Part shown: positions 28,701 through 35,550 of the stretch, piece by piece
Layout: each line of letters begins with the position of its first letter
How positions within the stretch are numbered: position 1 is the stretch's first letter
IMG/VR virus record: IMGVR_UViG_3300032893_000735
Coordinates: 1 to 64,000 of that record
Length of the DNA: 64,000 nt
Origin: a virus
Direction: 5' to 3' (one strand)
Position numbers and translations under genes: made by a program
The notes under the pieces: generated by a model
What the model was told of the DNA's origin: nothing
What the model saw: only the letters and a program-made list of their open reading frames with translations
Database searches by the model: none

Positions 28701-29230
28701 TATGCGGCCTCCTTGAGTTGGGCGTCCATCCAGTCTGCTATGCGTCGGTGTTGTTCGGCTGTGCCTTCGTTCTTAATCCTATTTGCTTTGTATGAAATAA
28801 CTGCAACATTGCCAGGAACATAACCTAGTTCTGGAAGTATTCTGTCAAGGCTCGGGGAACTGTCTCTGTCTTTCATGTCCCCGAACTCTAGCTTAATTCC
28901 CAAGATCGGACAAAATTCCGGAATCACAATGTCCTCTTGTGTTATCGTACATTTGACTCCTGACTTCTTGCAACGTTGTTTGGCCAGTTTCAGAAGACCT
29001 CTTTCGGGGTTTTCTTTCAGAGACTTTTTCATCTGCTCCATGATTCTTAAAGAATGTTCAGCATAATATTGATTCTGAACTTTTCTGACCTCTTCATGGT
29101 TGGCGGCGTATCGTTCTCGATCTCGTTGGCGAGTACATTCTAGGCACAACGCAGTCCTACCACTTAATTTCTTGCCAAACTCTTCTATGGGTTTTTCTAC
29201 CCCACACTTCTTGCAAATCTTAGTTTTCAT
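28700..29230 (-). CDS. HNH-like homing endonuclease
   Basis: CKKCGVEK; CPILG...SPSLDRI.PELGYVPGNV.VIS..AN..K. Confidence 0.85.
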   Translation of the reverse strand: MKTKICKKCGVEKPIEEFGKKLSGRTALCLECTRQRDRERYAANHEEVRKVQNQYYAEHSLRIMEQMKKSLKENPERGLLKLAKQRCKKSGVKCTITQEDIVIPEFCPILGIKLEFGDMKDRDSSPSLDRILPELGYVPGNVAVISYKANRIKNEGTAEQHRRIADWMDAQLKEAA

Positions 29231-29317
29231 TTTGGCTCATCTCCACATGAGGTTTAGGTCTCCGGGGACCGTGGTGGAGCACGATCCCCTTCAACCGTTG
29301 ATTCGAATCTGACTACA

Positions 29318-29346
29318 AGACTATCACGATATTTTGTGTTTGTCAA
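29318..29346 (-). promoter_or_regulatory. sigma70 promoter for the HNH gene
   Basis: TTGACA-N17-TAGTCT with extended TG. Confidence 0.65.
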
Positions 29347-29376
29347 GAGTTATTTTCGAATATGTCAATGACGACC

Positions 29377-32300
29377 CTAGCTGCTGGAAGTCTCTGATTG
29401 CAAACGTCTTAGCGTCATAGTGCTGCCAGGACGTAGCGTATTTGTGTACCTGCTCAGACTCCCTTCGGTCAGAGAGTCTTGTTTGTTACAGTCCATTTTC
29501 TGGACAGGGTAGATCATTTCTGTCTACCTCTCATGCTTCTTATTCGCATGAGGACGGACTATCGCATACTCTTTCGAGTCCCTCTCGCTTAGTCTCTCAC
29601 GGCGCCTTTCGGCTTCCGCCTTGTTCCCATTCACAGGATTCAAGTCGATCAGAGAAGGTTTAGACAACGCCATCAGGAACAACGTTGTAGCTGACCCCTG
29701 TTGCTACATAAGGTTAGACGGTGGACGGGTCATGCTGCTTTAAATCCACCGATTTGACGAGCCGGGTCTGATACTGAACCCTGCTCGGGTGCTGACTGGA
29801 TAAAGAGCTTCGACGTTTGTTACTGTCCATTTTCTGGACGGGCAGATCGTTTCTTGTTCCGTCTGCCTCTCTATGTCGCCATAGAGTTCGGACCATCTCA
29901 TCACCCTCAAAAGAGGGGCGCGGTATATGGCCTCTGCACGTTCCTGATTTCTCAGGCTTCGCTCAGGATTGTCTACGAGAGAGTTTCCCTGAATTAGCCG
30001 CGTGTTCGACAGCAGTTACCCGCTGAAGCTACAAGCAATATAGTTCTTTGATCCGTCATTGGGGTTCTTCCCGCGTATGTTACTCATTCTAAACAACTTA
30101 GAACGGGATGAATCATTTCTGTTCATCTCACTTGGTTACTATTCCCAAGTGTCCAGACTATTGCATCGCCCACAAAATGGACGCCACTTCGCTTAGTCGT
30201 TCACGGTGCTTTTCAGCTTCCGCCTCGTTGGCATTTCAGCGTTCGAGTCAATCAGAAGTGGTTTTCCAACGCAGATTACGCTGCGTGGTCCCCAGAGTTA
30301 AGGAAAACAGAGAAGATCGCGTCATCTCCAAAGATATACGTATTGTACAGTTATGTTACTCATTCTAAATGACTTAGAACGGGCTAGTGTATTTCTACCT
30401 AGCTCTGCATGTCGCCATGCAGCTCGGAGCACATCATCATCCTTTTCAGGAGCGCCGTCTATGCTCTCTACACACTTCCTGCTTCCAGGTTTGGCTCGGT
30501 ATTGTCTCAGAGAGATGTCCACCGAATTAGCGGCGTTATTCAAGAAGGATTACTCCTTCAGGCTACTAGACTTTCAGGTCCATAGGTATTTCCGGAGATC
30601 GTCACTGTAGGCGCAGTGCTGGTTTGTTTGAACGTAACACCCGCGAACGAAATGGTATCTTCGTTCCCAGGGAGGTCCATCAGCATACTGGCCTTGCTCG
30701 GGTCGCGCTTGAGGATATCCGTGAGGCCGTTGAACGAGGTATCGTTCAGGACATCGCGGACCACGTTCGGATGGATGACTCCGCCGAACTTGTTGTCCAC
30801 CAGCGGACGAGCGTTAACGCTAACCAGCGACTGAGCAGCCGACCGGATGTTATTCGCGGTCAGATACGAGCCGTTAGCAAGCTGAGAGTTGACCAAGCTG
30901 TCAACCGCAACTGCCGAGTCAGCGGTAATCTGGACAAGGCTGTTGAGGGTGAGGGCTAGGCGGTAGTTGAGTTCGTTTGCGAGGTTCTGCAAAAGACCCG
31001 GATCATCGATTGCGACATCGAGTGCCAGATCTGAACTGTTGATAAAATCGGCGTATTGGCCGCGTAGATGTTTTGGTTATCGATGTCACCATCGTAACTC
31101 TCTCATAGTCTCCTACGAGTTCGGGCTCTATCATCTTGTCCATTATTCAGACAAGTTCGGCATATTAGTCTCTATGGGTTCTGGTTTCCCAGTCTTCCCT
31201 CGGTATTGCCTCTTGGAGGTGTTCACCGATATAGCCGAATTTTACTACCACCGACGTTGCCGACATGGTAGCAACTATTTTGTTACTAGATTCAGAAATA
31301 GGAGAACCGCATTTGAGTTTAGGAGTCTAGCATCACTGCTAGATCGCGCCCGACATCACTGTCGGGATCGGACTCTATCATGCCCTCTTCTTCAAGAGGT
31401 CTCGGTGTATTAGCCTCTGAGGAGATTCCTCGAAAATTTAATTTCGCCATCTTCTCGAAGTAGTCAAGTTTCTGCTGCTTAGTCATGCTGTGGTTATTTC
31501 TAATCCACTCCAGCAGGAGAATAGCACGTTCTCTTTTAACTATAAGATACGGCAAGATCGCTAGGAGTTTGATTTCTCTCTGTTTTCGACCCGCTAATCC
31601 TCTAGCTTCAGACATCCTCCATGTCCCTTCGTCTCGGTTATCTTCCTTACGTTTTGACGTAGAGAAGGTTCCTCCGAAGCGGGACATTATCCAAGGAAAC
31701 ACAGTGTTGTCTGTGTTAGAGATACGAACATTTGAAGTATAAGCGCCGTTGCCCTTCTTCTTGCGCTTATCTATAGAGAAACTTCCTTCCGCGTCGATCA
31801 TACCGGCTAAATAAGCCCAATCTAATTTTGTAGGCTCAACCGGAATTATAGATTCTCTGACTACTTTTTTAGAAACAGGAACAAATGCGCCATTCGCTGT
31901 CTGCAAAGACCACATCAAATCATTTCGCCCTTCTGGATTCCTTTCGGAAAACATGGACAAGAATTGGTGCGATATATTTGCCTGCTTCTGTTTAAGAACG
32001 ATGTAAGGGAGTAGATTTCGAACAATGTCTCGACTGGACGTATACCAAGCATATTTTTGCTTTCGATTACCTTCTGTGGGTAATTTTCTCCACATGCCCC
32101 CAAACACCTGTACTAACCACTTCATAAGTGGCCTGTGGGAGTTGTAGACGTAAAGGGTGAATTGGTGCCCAGTTCCCTCTACTGATCGTATGCAAAAACT
32201 GCCGTCTCCGTCAATGAGACCCGCCAAATATGCCCATCTCTTTGGGCTGATTTTATCTTTATCCCTCAAGGAATTTTCCTCCGTCTTGTCTAGTCCTGCC

Positions 32301-33003
32301 GCCAGATATTAACGGATTTGACCGAGTTTAAGGACCGCAAGTGGTTTGTTTCCAATAACATGCGGCACGGTCCCTTCCGCGGCCTGATTCAAATTGGCCG
32401 CCAGAAGTGCGTAGGTATAGACAGTTTGTTTTTGGTTGACCGCATCTCTGCGGACTCGCTCTCATGGTTTCCCAAGAGTTCAGGCTGTGTCTTCAGTCCA
32501 TTCTGGACTGCCCGGCATGTCAGTCGTTCGGGAGCCTATTTCTAGGTTTCCTCGGCGTTGCCCTGTTCATTTATCATACTATCACGCCTGATAGTACGCG
32601 TCAACAGGGTTTTCGTCGATATAGTCGGGTTTGAATTCAGCGCTTTACCACTGAATCTGGTTGCCCTGCCGAAGCGGGAGCGGACGTTGCTTTGTCATGC
32701 TCAAGAACGGCGTCTGGGCTTTGAGGTTAGGGACTGCTTCGCGTTCATCAATGTGTTTTGGGTACTAGCATCTCTGCTAGTTCGCTCTGCATATTCCTAT
32801 GCAGTTCAGGCCGTGTCTTCAGTCCATTTTTCGGACTGTCTGGCGTCTCGGTCGTTACGGAGCCTATTTCTAGGTTTCCTCGAAGTTGCCCGGTCTGGGC
32901 CTCCTTCGATATAGCCAGATTTGAATTCACCAAGATTTTAGTGAATAGCTACCAAGTTCGGAAGCGCCCCGGATGTAACAATTGATGCAGGAGAGTAACT
33001 CAT
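29377..33003 (-). CDS. Major capsid protein (N4-gp56-like), 10 exons: 33003-32940, 32748-32650, 32421-32367, 31309-31265, 31062-30582, 30347-30301, 30073-30040, 29810-29744, 29697-29682, 29452-29377; 984 nt, 327 aa
   Basis: Joined exons give one stop-free frame: MSYSPASIVTSGALPNLVAIHYEREAVPNLKAQTPF...AAEGTVGSPISES...IGQYADFINSSDL...GVIHPNV...YIFGDDAIFSVFLGKNP...SDPARQIGGWVSYNVRYTNTLRP...SSS*. Follows portal and scaffold; every junction is U|intron...G|. Confidence 0.9.
29453..29681 (-). ncRNA. Group I intron 9 (229 nt)
   Basis: P1 ACAACGU/GCGUUGU; P10 CCUG/CAGG; canonical P7 GACUA/UAGUC. Confidence 0.88.
29698..29743 (-). ncRNA. Core-less 46-nt mini-intron (intron 8)
   Basis: P1 CGGUGGAU/GUCCACCG, P10 UGACCC/GGGUCA, terminal G; removal gives G-G-W-V-S-Y-N, retention gives an in-frame UGA. 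Confidence 0.75.
29811..30039 (-). ncRNA. Group I intron 7 (229 nt)
   Basis: P1 CUAU/GUAG; P7 GGCCA/UGGUC; ends GUAACAAACGUCG. Confidence 0.85.
30074..30300 (-). ncRNA. Group I intron 6 (227 nt)
   Basis: P1 UUCCU/GGGGA; canonical P7 GACUA/UAGUC; ends GUAACAUACG. Confidence 0.88.
30348..30581 (-). ncRNA. Group I intron 5 (234 nt)
   Basis: P1 CUAU/GUAG; P7 GAGCA/UGCUC; ends GUAACAUAACUG. Confidence 0.85.
31063..31264 (-). ncRNA. Group I intron 4 (202 nt)
   Basis: P1 CUACCAU/GUGGUAG; GAGACUA core; terminal G. Confidence 0.85.
31310..32366 (-). mobile_element. Group I intron 3 (1057 nt) carrying a LAGLIDADG endonuclease
   Basis: P1 GGACCGU/GCGGUCC; P7-like GAGGCUA...GAGUCCG; terminal G restores the V-G-S frame. 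Confidence 0.88.
31319..32269 (-). CDS. Double-motif LAGLIDADG homing endonuclease (intron-encoded)
   Basis: YLAGLIDGDGSF and YLAGMIDAEGSF; GGAGG RBS; C-terminus overlaps the intron core. Confidence 0.92.
   Translation of the reverse strand: MRDKDKISPKRWAYLAGLIDGDGSFCIRSVEGTGHQFTLYVYNSHRPLMKWLVQVFGGMWRKLPTEGNRKQKYAWYTSSRDIVRNLLPYIVLKQKQANISHQFLSMFSERNPEGRNDLMWSLQTANGAFVPVSKKVVRESIIPVEPTKLDWAYLAGMIDAEGSFSIDKRKKKGNGAYTSNVRISNTDNTVFPWIMSRFGGTFSTSKRKEDNRDEGTWRMSEARGLAGRKQREIKLLAILPYLIVKRERAILLLEWIRNNHSMTKQQKLDYFEKMAKLNFRGISSEANTPRPLEEEGMIESDPDSDVGRDLAVMLDS
32422..32649 (-). ncRNA. Group I intron 2 (228 nt)
   Basis: P1 AUUCAGU/GCUGAAU; core very similar to intron 1; terminal G. Confidence 0.85.
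32749..32939 (-). ncRNA. Group I intron 1 of the capsid gene (191 nt)
   Basis: P1 AUUCACU/GGUGAAU with U.G at the splice site; core-like CUAUAUCG...GAGGAAAC...GACCG...CGGCCUG; terminal G. Confidence 0.85.
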
Positions 33004-33021
33004 AGGTTACCTTTGTGTTGG

Positions 33022-34221
33022 TTAGTTAGAGCGCCGACTCTGGGCGCGATGGCGGAGCATTTCAGCCCACAACTTCTGGTGCTGCTCGTCCGACATGTTG
33101 TCCAGGTCCTCGACTGAGGGCGCGTTGGGAGTGTCGGGAGTCCTGACGGGTGTTACGTCATTCCTTCCGATTCCTGTAGCCGCTCTCGGGCGCACCACCT
33201 GACTCACAATCCGTGGATCGGGGCGCGGCGCAGGTGCCGGTTCGACATCTTGAACCTTTACCGGCGGAGGTGTTTTGGGTTGCCGTTTCACAGGAGCTTG
33301 CAGCATAAGTCCATCACTGTTAAGATCCTCGAAGGCTTCCTCAAGATTTTCGACGGTATAAACTCCCGCCGATACAAGCTGGTCGTAGATGCTGTACGCA
33401 TTCTCTAAACTTACTGTCTGACCTAGCTTAAACTTTGCAATCCACCGGATTAGCTGTCGGTGGTTTTGGGCACCTTGATTATCAGGGTAATAATCAGGGG
33501 TGTTAGCCAAAAATGTTTTGTTGACCATTTCCGCCGTCAGTTGGTTGCTGGCGTATTCTGCCTTCTGCGAACCCTGTTGGGCGAGTGATACTAGTTGCTC
33601 AATGGTCAATCCAGTCTTCTTCTGGAATAGCGTATCAAGAGCGAGAGCCGGGTCCGACTCCAACTGCGTCTTGATCTCAAAAACTTCGTCTGCCGTAAGC
33701 TGGCGGTTCTGTGGCGTCGGCACGTCCATTTTCTGGACAGCAGGTGCAGGAGTCTTCGCGAATTTCAACTTCGCGTTCTGCTCGCGGATCTTCTTAGTCG
33801 CGTTAGCCTGAGCCTTGAGCAAATTAGCGATCAATCCGTCCTTCGTCTTACCCCAAAATACCTGCGGACTTCCGCCAGTTGGACTGATGATCGTGCCCTT
33901 CCACTGGCCCTTTTCCTTTTCGGTAATCAACTGTGTGCCGTCTTCGAGTTCGGTTACAGTAGGCTCGTCAGGCTCAGGAGCGGGGGCAGGTTCCGGTTCC
34001 GGCTCGGGCTTATCTTCGAGGTTCGGATGATCTTCAACGACTTCTGGCTTCATGCCGGGATGCGCGTCTAGAGCCGGATCTACGAACTGCTCTTGGTTAT
34101 CCGGTTCGACCAAATCGGGGTCTCGGAGGTCTGCGTAATTCGCGCCCCAGTCTACGTTGTTTGCGAAAGGATCAACCGATCCATCAGGGTTAAGCAACCA
34201 CGGGTCTGTTACGTTTGACAT
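33022..34221 (-). CDS. Capsid scaffolding-like protein
   Basis: Acidic, Pro-rich, directly upstream of the capsid gene. Confidence 0.65.
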   Translation of the reverse strand: MSNVTDPWLLNPDGSVDPFANNVDWGANYADLRDPDLVEPDNQEQFVDPALDAHPGMKPEVVEDHPNLEDKPEPEPEPAPAPEPDEPTVTELEDGTQLITEKEKGQWKGTIISPTGGSPQVFWGKTKDGLIANLLKAQANATKKIREQNAKLKFAKTPAPAVQKMDVPTPQNRQLTADEVFEIKTQLESDPALALDTLFQKKTGLTIEQLVSLAQQGSQKAEYASNQLTAEMVNKTFLANTPDYYPDNQGAQNHRQLIRWIAKFKLGQTVSLENAYSIYDQLVSAGVYTVENLEEAFEDLNSDGLMLQAPVKRQPKTPPPVKVQDVEPAPAPRPDPRIVSQVVRPRAATGIGRNDVTPVRTPDTPNAPSVEDLDNMSDEQHQKLWAEMLRHRAQSRRSN

Positions 34222-34274
34222 TAATCATTCTCCAAATCCTAATCCAGGATTTCGGGGTTTGTCCATTTTATGGA

Positions 34275-34613
34275 TTATTTATCGTATTTAGGGGTAGGTA
34301 TTCTGTTCACCGACCAACGCCACATGATCTCGTGCTGTCGGGCGTGAGCAAACATTTCGTGAACTAAGGGGATCGGAACTCCCGTATCTCCGTAGGGCCA
34401 TTCCGATTCGTCCGCAGAAGATGTTCGAAATATATCGTCTATCTCTCCGCCTGCCGAAGAACAACCCAGACAAACATAGTGATACGTGTCTCTGTCCCAA
34501 TCTTTATTCAAGCCGAATGTTAGGGGGACTTCTGAATCCTCCGAGTTACTTTCTACATACGGCGGTTCCCAAGAACTAGGTTTTGAAAGAAGGACTTCGA
34601 AGTGACTCTGCAT
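34275..34613 (-). CDS. Hypothetical protein
   Basis: 112 aa in the head operon. Confidence 0.5.
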   Translation of the reverse strand: MQSHFEVLLSKPSSWEPPYVESNSEDSEVPLTFGLNKDWDRDTYHYVCLGCSSAGGEIDDIFRTSSADESEWPYGDTGVPIPLVHEMFAHARQHEIMWRWSVNRIPTPKYDK

Positions 34614-34614
34614 G

Positions 34615-34956
34615 TTATGCCCCCTGCGCTTTCAAAACGTCTATAGAATCAATATACCCAGCCATGTACTTCCGAAGTTCCTCCGTCGGGTGGACTGCGA
34701 AGTCCATAGCAGAATTGATATCCGACAAGAAGAATTCCTCAAACTGGGTCATAGCGTATAACGCCGCTTGCGAGGCAATTACGCTCGGGTCGCCCGGTTG
34801 GATATGGCGAACCTGCTTGTCCAAATCTTCGACATACGAGTGAATCGTGGCTTTGATAACTTCCCACGCCTCGGTTGGTACATTTCGTAGGATTCGGCCC
34901 TTCTCGTAGACATCTACTTGCCGGTCGATCTCCTCTTGGTACACAGGATTGTCCAC
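34615..34956 (-). CDS. Hypothetical head-module protein
   Basis: 113 aa helical protein between portal and scaffold. Confidence 0.6.
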   Translation of the reverse strand: MDNPVYQEEIDRQVDVYEKGRILRNVPTEAWEVIKATIHSYVEDLDKQVRHIQPGDPSVIASQAALYAMTQFEEFFLSDINSAMDFAVHPTEELRKYMAGYIDSIDVLKAQGA

Positions 34957-35159
34957 TACAACCCTCCGAAGATGCTAGTCAGGTCTACGTGCTTCTTTTC
35001 GGGTGGCGGGGTAGTTGAGTGAATCCGACCCTCCCGGCCTGTCCTGAGTTTGTGGGCCTGATTGATTAGCTGCTGGAGTTGCTGCGGGGTAAGATTGTCG
35101 TATTCGGAACCGGGGATGGCTTGTTGGTTGCCTACTGTAAAGTTTGGTTGCTGCTGCAT
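34956..35159 (-). CDS. Hypothetical protein
   Basis: GAGGAG RBS; C-terminal DLTSIFGG resembles the DLSDIFG repeats of the 1378-aa protein. Confidence 0.55.
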   Translation of the reverse strand: MQQQPNFTVGNQQAIPGSEYDNLTPQQLQQLINQAHKLRTGREGRIHSTTPPPEKKHVDLTSIFGGL

Positions 35160-35211
35160 ATTCTCCTCTGCTGTAATCCACAGCGACGAAGTTTGTCCAT
35201 TATTTGGATGG

Positions 35212-35406
35212 TTATTTTGCCTCTACAGGAATCACAATGTTGCTCTCATTCGGTGGCGGGATCAAGCACCACTTCCCGCGAACAAGTCCGTCTTCTGTCA
35301 TTTCCCCAGTCGGAGGAATGTACCCGAACAACCTCCCGTCATCTGTAAGAACAACTAAAGTAGTCGTGTTCTCTCTTATCCAAGTAGAAACTTGTACTAT
35401 TTTCAT
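35212..35406 (-). CDS. Hypothetical protein
   Basis: 64 aa downstream of a promoter. Confidence 0.5.
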   Translation of the reverse strand: MKIVQVSTWIRENTTTLVVLTDDGRLFGYIPPTGEMTEDGLVRGKWCLIPPPNESNIVIPVEAK

Positions 35407-35513
35407 TATGCACCCTTGTCCATTATCTGGATGGTGAAGTTAAGCTAGGCGGGAGGTCTTCGGGAAGGCGATAGGGCACTCTCCCTCTGACCGTTAGAAT
35501 CGATTCTTAAAAC

Positions 35514-35542
35514 ATTGTATCACACGTTTTGTAATTTGTCAA
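35514..35542 (-). promoter_or_regulatory. sigma70 promoter for the scaffold/capsid operon
   Basis: TTGACA-N17-TACAAT with extended TG. Confidence 0.75.
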
Positions 35543-35550
35543 GCATTATT

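Noticed and set aside
29698-29743. T4 gene 60-style ribosomal bypass (GGA take-off, GGG landing)
   Set aside because: No stop codon directly follows the GGA, and the insert has exact P1 and P10 pairings with U.G and a terminal G. Disfavoured but not formally excluded.
29442-32985. Short ORF-track calls across the capsid locus (e.g. 29714-29896, 30322-30543, 32748-32933)
   Set aside because: They are chance frames across intron RNA; only 30558-30992 (part of exon 5) and the LAGLIDADG ORF are real coding sequence.
29377-33003. Stop-codon recoding or pseudogenisation as the cause of the fragmented capsid gene
   Set aside because: The fragments are in different frames and separated by inserts with group I P1/P7/terminal-G features; TAA, TAG and TGA all end other genes normally.
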